Source of the DNA: Adineta vaga
Taxonomy: Eukaryota > Animalia > Rotifera
Direction: 5' to 3'
DNA length: 64,000 nucleotides
Assembly: GCA_021613535.1 (NCBI GenBank)
Contig: CP075497.1
Location: forward strand, 5,890,001-5,954,000
Under the pieces are notes generated by a model, which searched no databases, was not told the origin of the DNA, and was given only the letters and a program-made list of their open reading frames with translations. Shown piece by piece: positions 50,331 to 63,312 of the stretch; position 1 is the stretch's first letter, and the number at the start of each line of letters is the position of its first letter. The position numbers were made by a program, and so were the translations under genes.

Positions 50331-52371
50331 TTGAAATTCGAATAAGAATAATGTAAAAAGAATAGATGAACAAAAGAAATCTAAATAGAAAATCAAATTA
50401 AAATGTGAGAATAATTTAGTTGTCCTATGTCTGTTAGTTCTCACTCGCACTCCTCAAATTCGACTACAATGAACACAACTTCGAAATATATCAGAATAGA
50501 TTGGATATCATGTAATTGTTGAAAATATAATTATTAAATAGAAAAAAGATGTCGCTATTTTTCACCTATCATTAGTAAAATGATTCTCTTTACTATGTCT
50601 CAATATTTATTAGCAATAATTGCGTGATTTCATAATGAATTAATCTTCTATTCAATTGAGATATGTCTCGTTCTCATTTAGTTTCTAATAATAAGACAAA
50701 GGCTACGAACTTATCATCCTTACATATAATTGCGTGACAATCATTTCAATGTGAAAATTTTCTTTTTGAATTTCCCATAGAAACATGTTGTTGAAGAAAT
50801 GCGTAGTATTCTTTATTATAACAAAATAAGTAGGTTAACGACATGAATAGTTGATTTTTTGGAAAAGATATTTATGCACAATTATCTTCGACATTACAAT
50901 AATATGACTAAGAGATACATGTTTTTAAATTATTGAGCAGAATAACAACTAGAAATTATGATGTACCAAAACTTGTAAACAACATCTGTAATTTGATCTG
51001 GTTTAAAAGAAAAATCAATCATACAGATACGATTGCTCTATTAATGAAAATATCTTTGAAAAACTGTCACTTTCATCAAAGCGGAAAAGATCTAAGAGAA
51101 TTTTTCTTTTCCAGTACCATCAAATCTTCAGAGGAAGAAAAATTTATCGGAATCATCGTCTATAAACATTCCTTCTGTGTTCTATTTGGATGACAATTGA
51201 TTTGTAATATAAAATGATATTTTGATAGTTATAAACATGCTAATTGAAATTATCATTTACAATCAATCTCCAGCAAATCTATTTTCATTATTAACATTCG
51301 TTATTGCATAAAAAACAGAAATAGATGAAAGATTTGTTTTCTTCATGATCATATGATGATGTCAATGTCACTGTAAAGAGAAAAACAGCAAGACAGTAAC
51401 TGGGAGACTAAAAGAATAAGTGGCAGAGAAAGAGAAATAAGAGAAAACGAAGGACAAAAAACAAAGTATGTTTCGAAATAGTTGAAAGAATAGTTTATTT
51501 TTAGAAATTGCGTTATAGTATGTAAGTAGACGAGAATTAGCGGACGTAAATGTTCGATAATCCCCATACGAAAAAGGTAAAAATAAAATATAAAGGTAGT
51601 GAGTACCATAGCGACATAATATTTTCTCTGTTTCATCACCATTCATAATTAATCTATACTGACTAATCATGACATAGACATAGAATTTTCTGGATTTTTT
51701 TTATAGTTGACACGTTTTTTTCGCCCGAAGAATACAAGTGCCTCTTAAGTTATATTAAGCCATACTGCTATCTTTTGTTTGTTTCTTTGATATATATATA
51801 TATCGATATAAGGTTGAGTGTACCAAGTCATCGGAGACTTTAGCGCACTAATCGAACGTACATTTGACCCCGTATATCTAGTTAAACATTTTTACATATT
51901 TCTATTATGTCTAAATTTAATATACACAATCATATAATTGAATTGTTTTCTTGAAAGTAATTTCGTAATAAGATTTCTTATAAATTTTGTGTTTTTGGAA
52001 GAAAAAAAATAGATTATTGAAATTTCTAGAGTCTCCTGATTTTATCTTTTCCTTTCACGCATCAAAATAAGTTTAAGATTAAAAACAATTCTGAATTGTT
52101 GGGTACAGATTTCATCGAGGACGTATCACGCCGTCTCTGTCTGATGTGTAATGCAATGTTTCTATTGCGCATGTCGTGATCCATACATTTTTCTGTTCTA
52201 TCCAGCCATCTGTCTATGTCGAATGAATAAGGACTCAACGATAGAAAAGGAAAAAAAAGATTGACTATAAAAGAGAAAACAACTCGAAGCAACCATTACT
52301 ATTATCTATTCAGTTCAATTCATCATTCGTTTTTCAGATAATATAAAACAATCTGATTGTTCGATTCTAAG

Positions 52372-53811
52372 ATGGTTTATATTGTTGATAAATTAAAAAA
52401 ATCAAGTACATGTATGCCATACATTCCACAACCATTGGATTTACCAGAAGTACCTTCTGAACAAAATACTTCTCCAGATTTTCCAACTCAATCAAAGATA
52501 AGCAATGAACAACAAGACGAAGAAGAATTTGTTAAGAATAATTATGTAGCAAGAACTTTATTAAATGAACCAGAATTACCAGCTATAACTTGGTCAAATT
52601 GGTATAAAGAAATAAACTGGCCACAAGCAATATTATTATGTATTGAACCTTTTGTGGCAATCTATGGTCTTTTTACTACAGCATTCGTTTGGCAAACATT
52701 TGTTTTTACAATTCTTTGGTATTTTCTTACTGGTTTCGGTATTACAGCTGGCTATCATCGTTTATTTGCTCATCGAGCTTATGAAGCAGCATTACCCTTA
52801 CGTTATTTTTTACTTATTTTCGGTGCCGGTGCTGTTCAAGGATCAGCACAATGGTGGTCACGTGGTCATCGAGCACATCATCGTTATACGGATACTGATC
52901 TCGATCCATATAGTGCACATAAAGGTGTATTTTATTCTCATATTGGTTGGTTAATATTTAAACCTCGTCGACGACCAGGTGTAGCTGATGTGACAGATTT
53001 ACAACGTGATCCAGCAGTTCAATGGCAACATCGAAATTATTTAACTTTATCATTTTTTATTTCATTCGTTCTACCAACACTCATTTGTGGACTTGGCTGG
53101 AATGATTATCGTGGTGGTTACTTTTTTGCCGGTGTTCTTCGTTTAGTTTTTGTTCATCATTCAACATTCTGTGTTAATTCTTTAGCACATTATTTAGGTG
53201 ATGCACCATTTGATGATAGACATACACCACGTGATCATTTTATTACAGCATTAGTAACTCTTGGTGAAGGTTATCATAATTTTCATCATGAATTTCCATC
53301 TGATTATCGAAATGCACTTAAATGGTTTCAATATGATCCAACAAAATTATTGATTTCATTTTTCAAAACAATTGGTCTTGCTACTAATCTTAAAGAATTT
53401 CCACAGAATGAAATCCAAAAAGGTCGTTATACAATGATTAATAAAGAATTAGATAAATTTGGTCGAACTATAGCTTGGCCAAAGGAAAATACTGCATTAC
53501 CTATTGTTACTTATGAAGAATATCAAGATTTATCGAAGAAAGATGATGGCCGTGCTTTAGTTTTAATTGCTGGTTTTATTCATGATGTTAGTAATTTTAT
53601 TGATTCACATCCTGGTGGACGAGCTTTAATTAAAAGTTATATTGGTAAAGATGCTACCGTTGCATTCTATGGTGGTATACATGATCATAATACAGCTGCT
53701 CACAATATGCTTGCTATGATGCGGGTAGCAGTGTGTAGATATGGTGGTGAAGTTGAACATATTAAGAAGCGTTTAGGACATGTTCAAACGGCAACCCCTA
53801 TATTTGCATAA
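52372..53811 (+). CDS. OLE1: Delta-9 acyl-CoA desaturase with C-terminal cytochrome b5 fusion (fungal Ole1 type), intronless CDS, HGT candidate
   Basis: His boxes HRLFAH, HRAHH and HNFHH; STFCVNSLAH; C-terminal b5 domain with HPGG and GKDAT. First ATG at 52372. Confidence 0.95.
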   Translation: MVYIVDKLKKSSTCMPYIPQPLDLPEVPSEQNTSPDFPTQSKISNEQQDEEEFVKNNYVARTLLNEPELPAITWSNWYKEINWPQAILLCIEPFVAIYGLFTTAFVWQTFVFTILWYFLTGFGITAGYHRLFAHRAYEAALPLRYFLLIFGAGAVQGSAQWWSRGHRAHHRYTDTDLDPYSAHKGVFYSHIGWLIFKPRRRPGVADVTDLQRDPAVQWQHRNYLTLSFFISFVLPTLICGLGWNDYRGGYFFAGVLRLVFVHHSTFCVNSLAHYLGDAPFDDRHTPRDHFITALVTLGEGYHNFHHEFPSDYRNALKWFQYDPTKLLISFFKTIGLATNLKEFPQNEIQKGRYTMINKELDKFGRTIAWPKENTALPIVTYEEYQDLSKKDDGRALVLIAGFIHDVSNFIDSHPGGRALIKSYIGKDATVAFYGGIHDHNTAAHNMLAMMRVAVCRYGGEVEHIKKRLGHVQTATPIFA

Positions 53812-53970
53812 TGTTTCTTTTTTGCTTTGTTTATTTTGTAGTTCCGTGTGTTGTACTCGTTTTTATTCACATGATTTAGTGATTATAATATACATGACCG
53901 GAGAGTTTTTGTGATTTTTCACATTAAATCGAAAAAATTTATTTATTTTTAAAACAAATAGCAGATATTT

Positions 53971-56900
53971 TTATAGTCGCGTCGAAATGATTTTATCATG
54001 ACTGTTTTTAATGCCAACATGAACGAAGAGAGTCGAGTGCATTGGATTATTATTAGTAGCTCGTAGATGAATATGTCGATAGCCTAATATGAAAAATATG
54101 CTTCTGGACTATCATTGATTCACAAATAAGTTTCTTACCTGTTTGCATCACTGTCAATGGTAAACAGAAATGTGCTAGTTTATCATCCACAGAAATTGGA
54201 TTGTAATCATTTATCGTAAAATAAATGAGTGCCATTTTTGGATACTTGATTTTGAAAACGAATTTTTCATTCCAAATTGGATCCAAACCATTATTATCAA
54301 TAATTCCTGTTTTTTGTATCTGTTGATCACAAGGTACACCATGAATGGAGACAATAACATATGGATCAGGAATGTCAGTTATTGTTGAGTTTGATCGTGT
54401 TAGGAACTGTGCACTAATGATTTTTAACGTCAAAGTAAGTGGGTAATCAGGATCCGATTGTGAATTTAATGGACTATAGTTTGATTTATGTGCGTTAATA
54501 AGATAATCTGGTTTCAAAATATATCCACAACCACCATTATCAAGAAACTTTCCATAACATAATGGCATAATATCATCTTCATTTTGATAGTTAAGAGCAG
54601 CCATTTGAATTCCATAGTTCCAAGCGTCAACTGGATTTGCATTACTAGAATCTTGTCTTAGACCACCGGGATATGTTCGAAGGATGCGCCATGTCGTTTG
54701 TAGAATCAAATCAGAAGGATTTTCACGAGAGATTTTTTCAAAACGTGTTTCATCCAATGATGATGAATGCAAGGGCGAATCTATTCAAAAACAAATGGTT
54801 AATTTTTGTGATACAATATATAGAAAGTTTACAATGAGCTTTTGCGTATCTATGATCACGAAATGGTACATTTTGTAAATAAACAAATAAATTCATTTCT
54901 TTGTTTTGAATCGCCTAGAATATGTTCGATATCAAAATGAATGAAAACGAAATCGTCATTAACTTGTTAATGAATTGAGTAGACGACTTACTTCACTCAG
55001 TAGATCATCAGCTGCATCGCTATTACTTAATGTATGATCTGATGATGATAACTTTTTTGATTTCGAACGCTTTTTGCTCTAATAAGAACAATGAAATCTT
55101 TTTCTCGGTAAAGTTAGATAACAATAAATTTACGCGAACTAAAACTTTATATTTCAGTTCTTCGGGTGATGGTAATGTTGCTGGATTGTCACCCATTATT
55201 TCTTCAGTGATTAATCGATCTTGTAAAAGACGAGAAAAGTATTGTGTTTAGATATTAACTCAGATAAATTCGTTTTTACCTCCCAATATTTCTTTCAATA
55301 TTCGAGCCATTTCTTTTTGTTGTTCTATCGAACAATGATTTTCAATATTCAATATCACAGGATATCTACAAACTAACAGTTACAACACTTCTCACACAAA
55401 CTTAGATCGACATTTACGGAGATGTCTTGAATAGATTCGGTTCCATATAACGAATGATCGATTCAAATGAACATGGTTTCACCAACGTAAATCCATGTGT
55501 CACTATTGGTTGACCATCACTTCCATCATAACAATCAAGTTCAACTGCTCGACAACCAGTCAACAATGCACGATTGTATGCTTCGGGATTACTTTCACCT
55601 GTCAGTTGACTGTAGAATAGATATCTAAAACAATATCATCATCATCATCACATCTTCATCTTCATTCACAATCAGATCAATTCTCCAATCGCTTACGTAT
55701 TATGTGATGTATTAATATAATAGTCACACAATGGTCTACATAGATAGAGAAAAAGACAAACAAACAATCAATGTGCATGATGATGATGATGATTGTGACT
55801 TACCTTGTCATATCTTGATATATCTGACGAGTGAAGATTGGATTTGTGATGGCAAAGTCATTTGACAATAACATGTTTCGAAAACCTAACAACAACGATG
55901 AGAACACAAATCACATGAACATGTCTGTCTGCAAAAGGACACTGCTTACCATCGAGACTCATCAGTCCTTGTTCTCGCAGATCACTATTGAGCTCAAACT
56001 CATCGATTAACTTTTGTACTTGTTCTGGTCGTTCGATGTATTCACATGTGATCTCAGTTGTGTCATGAAGATTGTTGTCTGTGTTTACAATAACTGATTG
56101 CTAAACAAAGACAATGGAGATGTGATATGAATGTCGAAAGGAGAGAGAGAGAGAGAGAGATGGAGTTACATTTTGAACAGTTTGAAGAAATGTGAGAAGT
56201 TCATTGATATTCATGTGGATGTTTTCGATGGATCGTGAATGACCATGTTTTGTATGTCTAAATGAGATGATTGATGAAAAAGAATGAGATGATGAATGAT
56301 TACTGTTGCATGACAGTGTAGAGATCTTTTCGTCGTGTTAGAAGATGGAAGAAGCCAATAAATTCTTCTGGACTCAATAGACCTTCTTCACTTGTATCTG
56401 CCTTCTACGGAAACAAAGTATAAAATGAATTCTATGGATTGGCATAGATTATTACTTTGAATAATTGTTCGAATGCTTTATCAGGTAGTTGAACATGTAA
56501 AAAGTTCGTTAATAATCGTCGACATTCTTGCTTCGATAGTAAATTTGATTTATCAAGATCAGCCGCACGAAAATATTTCAAAATCCAACTACAAAGTGAA
56601 TTATTGTTTCAATTCAAGATTAAAAAAATGGATAAATTTACCTTTCTTCTTGAATAAGATGATGAAGAGCTTTTTTAGAATGTTTATCAATTAAATTTTG
56701 TATTCCTGTCGTCCATAGATCTCGTATTTGTTCATTAGGTGCCAATAGATGAACTTCACTGCGATGATTATTGTACATAATTGAGAATGCACGATTTTCC
56801 TGCAGAAATGCAAACAAAACATTCGTTGCAACAAAATATTGTCGATTATGAAATGTATTTACATCCTGGGATTTGATACGTCGACGTTTCACCAAATGAT

Positions 56901-57739
56901 CAAATGTATGAGCGCGAAAACCAGATCGAATTTCGTCGATATCATGAATATGATCTGAGAAGAAAAAAAAATGTGAATTGATTTATTTCAATATAAATAC
57001 AGTCATACAGAAACATGACTAAGCGAAAATGTTATTATTTTTCTCTGTATTACACATTCGATTGGTTTACTCAAATGTAGGAAGACATTCTGAACAGTTA
57101 AATGATTTATAAAATATGAAGGAAATTATTGTTTGATAATTTCAAGAAGAAAGATTCTTGACACCTACTAGAATCTAGTTTGATTATAATTTTGTAGTCG
57201 ATGACTAATCTGCTGTATACTGAAAGGAAGACAAAATTAGGTAAGAGAGCATTCTGACATGCTTACGTCAATTTGTGCTTGAAAAATAAGTTTCTACGTG
57301 TCAAAAATAGTTAGAAATCAAGGAAAACAATTTGAAATAGATTATTTATATTTTTTTCAAGATTTGACTGAATATTGTTCTTATTAGTTTCATTTAAATA
57401 TCCGTATCCAACATTTAGCAATTGAAAAATTCTCTCGAATTCGTTTTTTTTTATATACAAATCGACAATAATAGCAACTGCAGTAGATTTAATCATTATT
57501 AAATCTATTGCAATATACAGTCTCTTATTTTAGAGATGTAAAACTTATATTTTCTCGTACTTACATATTCTAGGTTTACCGAAAAGTCGACGGGATTTTC
57601 TATATGATATAAAATCTTCATATTGGTTCAGATAGAATTGTCGAGGATATTTCTTTCCATTTGACTTTCGTTTCACCAAAGTAGCACCGGATTTTAATTG
57701 ATCCAAACGATCATGTACATGTTCTTTGTTATCGTTCAT
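53971..57739 (-). CDS. Phosphoinositide phospholipase C, delta-like (paralog 2; multi-exon)
   Basis: PH exons (57739-57565, ~56955-56863, ~56800-56642), EF region, X box [28 protein letters not shown] box [13 protein letters not shown] and C2. Stop at 53973-53971. Confidence 0.92.
54478..54745. repeat. Near-identical direct repeat of ~59640-59908 (PLC Y-box exon)
   Basis: About 270 nt match with one difference noticed (gaattccatag vs gaataccatag). Confidence 0.9.
55297..56401. repeat. Near-identical direct repeat of ~60550-61664 (exons and introns)
   Basis: Read side by side, the two tracts differ only by scattered substitutions and microsatellite length changes. Confidence 0.93.
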
Positions 57740-59120
57740 TGGTACAAATATTCGTTTTTGATATCAATACTACTTTGCTCTGAAAGGTTAAAAGAAAAAT
57801 ATAATATATATATATATATATATAGTTACTGCTTGTCTGTAGACGATTGCCGATCACCTGTCCCCTGATCAAATGTATTTTTTACTTTCTTTTTTGCGTA
57901 TCATCAAATAAGAATAATTGCAAGTCGTTTTGTGAATACTGTTCGAGCAATAATATGTCTGATTTGTTTCGTATATATATGTACATGAAAAATGACAAAA
58001 GATGAATGTTCATATTATACAGATAGTTGTTGTATCATGTGAATATATATTAAAATTTCGTGAATAAAGATATAAGATTTAAAATTTTTTAAGCCAAATG
58101 AGGTGAATTGACGGTTTACGAATGCTCTTTTCGGATGCATAGATGATTCTATGGTCGCTTATTGTTGTATAGATTAAAAATGATTACAAATCGAATCTTT
58201 AGCGACAATTAACACACTTCGTTCCAGTTCTCAACATGCAGGTACTACAGAAACCATTAGTACTATTATTATGTTACCGATATGCAAAATATAGAATGTT
58301 GTATTATACAAAAAGAAGATTATTAAAACTATAGTCTCTACATTAGCAAAGCTCGAAGATATATCCGAATCTCTATCGGAAAAACAATCTGTATCATTTG
58401 ATTAAAAAATATTCAAATATTATAATCAGATAGTGAATGATAAATAACAAAAATAATATATTTGTATTCTATAACATATAGTGAAGAATTGATTTCAATG
58501 AAACTTTACAGGAATAAAAACAAGAACATTCAGTTGTAATACACAATGATAGATGTAATAGGGCAACAAAAAAAGGTTCAATGGAAATTAATGATTATTA
58601 ATTTGAATATATGATTGGCAAGAATAAGAACCCGAAAAATATGTTTAATATACGTTATTCAAACATATTAAAAACGATAAACATAACCATCTCATTAATT
58701 CATATGTTTGCTTGTTACAGTAATGAATAGAAAAGGCAAAACAAAACCATTCGAGCGTGACACAATAATTTCATCTCATTCACTCAAAATACAACCTATT
58801 AACTTGCCGATGTATAATGGAATAATGTCTATATCATTATAGTATGAATTTTACGAATCAGTTATACAAACTGCTCGATTTGTCTCGTTGATATATTTTA
58901 TGTAATCGAATAGTTAAAAGACATTTTTTTCAAAAAACGTAATATGTCAATACGAGAAAAACATTGACTTTGCAATGTGTAAAAAAACCTATATTCTTCT
59001 CTTCTCTTCGTAATTATATAGAACATATGAATTTCTTCTTGATATGGCAATTTAAATGATTTATCACAATAAGTTAAACTTTATCATTTCGAAAACAAAC
59101 AATAACAAAATATATTATGT

Positions 59121-62100
59121 TTATGTATAGATTATCCTTTTCTCATCATTATCATCATCATCGTCATCATCATTTTTAATATCAACATGAACAAAGAGAG
59201 TCGAATGAATTGGATCATTGTTAGTTGCTCGTAGATGAATATGTCGATAACCTATTTCAGAAAACAACAATAATAAAGCAATATCTATTCTAAACTAATT
59301 CATTTACCTGTTTGCATTGCTGTAAGAGGTAAACAGAAATGTGCTAGTTTATCATCACGAGAAAATGAATCATAATCGTAGATAGTGAAATAAACAAGTG
59401 CCAATTGTGGATACTTGATTTTAAAAATGAATTTCTCATTCCATATTGGATCCAAACCATTATCATCAATAGCTCTAGTCTTTTGTATCTGTTGATCACA
59501 AGGTACACCATGAATGGTTACAGCAACATATGGATCGGGAATGTCATTTGAATTTGCTCGTGATAGAAACTGTGCACTAATAATTGTCAATATGAGAGTT
59601 TCAGGAATATCAGGGTTTAATTCTGAATTTAGTGGATTATAGTTTGATTTATGTGCGTTAATAAGATAATCTGGTTTCAAAATATATCCACAACCACCAT
59701 TATCAAGAAACTTTCCATAACATAATGGCATAATATCATCTTCATTTTGATAGTTAAGAGCAGCCATTTGAATACCATAGTTCCAAGCGTCAACTGGATT
59801 TGCATTACTAGAATCTTGTCTTAGACCACCGGGATATGTTCGAAGGATGCGCCATGTCGTTTGTAGAATCAAATCAGAAGGATTTTCACGAGAGATTTTT
59901 TCAAAACGATTTTCCACTAATGATGATGAATGAAGTGATGAATCTATTTCGAACGAAAGAGAAGGTTGATAATCTTTACTCTTATATAAAGTCTACTATT
60001 TTACAATGAGCTTTTGCATATTTATATTCACGATATGGTACATTTTGTAAATAAACAAATAATTCAGCTAAATCATTTTGTATGTTCTAAAATATTATAT
60101 AGTAAAATAGTTCGTATAAGTATTCAATGGAAAGATAATGACATACTTTACTTAATGGATCGAAAATTGAATCGTCGTCATCTTCGAGTTGGATTAGAGT
60201 GTGTGGTTTAGTTGTTTTTGCACTTCTTCGACTCTAATCGAAGTAGATCAAAAGAAATTATACTAATATCAATTGATCATTTTCAAATATGATCATTATC
60301 TATTTGTCAGTTCACAAATCATTTCAACTTTGATGTACGAAAGAACATTGAAACCTGTACTGTCTCATAAATTCATAAAGGACTTACTCGAACAAGTACT
60401 TTATTTTTCAGTTCTTCGGGTGATGGTAATGTTCTCAAATTTTCGTTTGTCAATTGTTTAGTTACTAATCGATCTGCAAAAAAACAATACAATAATACAT
60501 CCATATACTATTTCTGTAATTTGATTATTTACCACCGAGAATTTCTTTTAATATTCGAGCCATTTCTTTTTGTTGTTCTATCGAACAATGATTTTCAATA
60601 TTCAATATCACAGGATATCTACAAATTAACAATTACAATACTTCTCACACAAACTTAGATCGACATTTACGGAGATGTCTTGAATAGATTCGGTTCCATA
60701 TAACGAATGATCGATTCAAATGAACATGGTTTCACCAACGTAAATCCATGTGTCACTATTGGTTGACCATCACTTCCATCATAACAATCAAGTTCAACTG
60801 CTCGACAACCAGTCAACAATGCACGATTGTATGCTTCGGGATTACTTTCACCTGTCAGTTGACTGTAGAATAGATATCTAAAACAATATCATCATCATCA
60901 TCACATCTTCATCTTCATTCACAATCAGATCAATTCTCCAATCGCTTACGTATTATGTGATGTATTAATATAATAGTCACACAATGGTCTACATAGATAG
61001 AGAAAGAGACAAACAAACAAACAATCAATCAATGTGCATGATGATGATGATGATTGTGACTTACCTTGTCATATCTTGATATATCTGACGAGTGAAGATT
61101 GGATTTGTGATGGCAAAGTCATTTGACAATAACATGTTTCGAAAACCTAACAACAACGATGAGAACACAAATCACATGAACATGTCTGTCTGCAAAAGGA
61201 CACTGCTTACCATCGAGACTCATCAGTCCTTGTTCTCGCAGATCACTATTGAGCTCAAATTCATCGATTAACTTTTGTACTTGTTCTGGTCGTTCGATGT
61301 ATTCACATGTGATCTCAGTTGTGTCATGAAGATTGTTGTCTGTGTTTACAATAACTAATTGCTAAACAAATACAATGCAGGTGTGATATGAATGGTCAAA
61401 GGAGAGAGAGAGAGAGAGAGAGATGGAGTTACATTTTGAACAGTTTGAAGAAATGTGAGAAGTTCATTGATATTCATGTGAATGTTTTCGATGGATCGTG
61501 AATGACCATGTTTTGTATGTCTAAATGAGATGAGTGATGAAAAAGAATGAGATGATGAATGATTACTGTTGCATGACAGTGTAGAGATCTTTTCGTCGTG
61601 TTAGAAGATGGAAGAAGCCAATAAATTCTTCTGGACTCAACAGACCTTCTTCACTTGTATCTGCTTTCTGAGAGATGAAAAATTTTCTTTAACACTTTTT
61701 TAACATTGAATAAAGACTCACTTTGAATAGTTGTTCAAATATATTATCAGGTACTTTTACATTCAAAGTATTAGTTAGCAATCGTCGACATTCTCGTTTT
61801 GTTAGTGAATTCGATCCATCCGTATCCGCAGTACGAAAATATTTCAAAATCCAACTACAAAGTGAATTATAATTGTCATTTGAGATGAAAAAATCATTCT
61901 TTTACTTTTCTTCTCGAATGAGATGACGAAGAGTTTTTTTTGATTGCTGATCAATCAAGTATTGTATTGCCGTCGCCCATAGATCACGTGTATTTTTATC
62001 ATTAGCCATTAAATGAAGTTCATTTCGGTGGTTATTGTACATAATTGAGAATGCACGATTTTCCTGAAAAATATGAAAACGGAACATTCGTGAATAGATT

Positions 62101-63312
62101 GATCAAATTTTTGAATATATACATACATCGGTCTGTTTAATACGACGATTCTTGAGAAGTTGACCAAACGTATTACAACGAAAACCAGATCGTACTTCAT
62201 CAATATCTTTGATGTTGTCTGAACAAAATAATGTAAACAAATCTCAATGTATACGACAATGTAAGACGGTATAAAATTATCTTTTTTCTTTATCAGCAAT
62301 GATTATTTTTCGTAATAACTTATATTCACTGTTTATGGTTTTCGCTACTTCACCTTTCGGATTGTTACTTTTCGTCGATTTTTTTATCGAGACAGTGATT
62401 TCAATTTTACGGCAACTTCTGCTATATCTTCTGAAGATCAGTTTGATCAAAAAAAGAAAAATATAAATCGAGAAGGATCATTTATTGGGTACATTGGGTT
62501 AAATTCAAGTTAGATTGTGTTCGAGACGAAGATGTCATATTTGTTTCTATCCATAAGTTTCTTCTCACGTACGTATTTACAAAAAGACAAACGTGTCTTA
62601 TATCTAGTAGACGGCAATCAAATAAGTACCAAAAATGTCACATACAAATCTTTTCCTTTCTCATGGGTACGAAAGAAAACTTGACAACAATAAATTAACT
62701 GATCAAACAATACCATACACTAATCATTTGCTAGAACATTTAATTCTTAATGATTTTTGCGGAAAAATATATATTAATAACTGACAATTTCAATGAATCT
62801 TTGTTTCTCGCTATAACAGTTGAATAGAACTCATCGATTTGGATCAGAAGAATTGATTGCTTAGCTTTTAGCAAATTAAAAAAATTTGTCTGATTCTATG
62901 AAAACATTTATTTCATCTACAATAGATCTATTTTCATACATGAGAATATTTCATCGAGTGGAAATTATGAACAGCTTGAGGGTTAAAAGAAATTCATTAG
63001 GCAATCCTTCACAATATTTTTCTATTCTCTTCCGAATATTTTATATCTAATATTTATTAGGCTATCATTGAGACAGTTGGAATGTATCTAATACCTACTT
63101 AAACGTTCGACATGTCAAGTTATTCTGTATTACTTACATATATGAGGATGTCCAAAGATTCGACGTGATTTTTCATATGATATAAAGTCTTCATCTTCAC
63201 TGAGGAAAAATCGACGAGAATATTTCTTTCCATTGATTTTTCGTTTAATTAAAATAACGCCCGATTTTAATTGAGTTAAATGATCTACAATGTGCTTTTC
63301 GTCGTTGTTCAT
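59121..63312 (-). CDS. Phosphoinositide phospholipase C, delta-like (paralog 3; tandem duplicate of paralog 2)
   Basis: Same exon order and motifs as 53971-57739. ATG at 63312 (MNNDEKH) is homologous to MNDNKEH; acidic tail; stop at 59123-59121. Confidence 0.92.

Noticed and set aside
50450-52350. Short ORFs between RanGAP1 and OLE1
   Set aside because: No recognisable domains and overlapping frames; treated as divergent promoter and 5'-UTR region.
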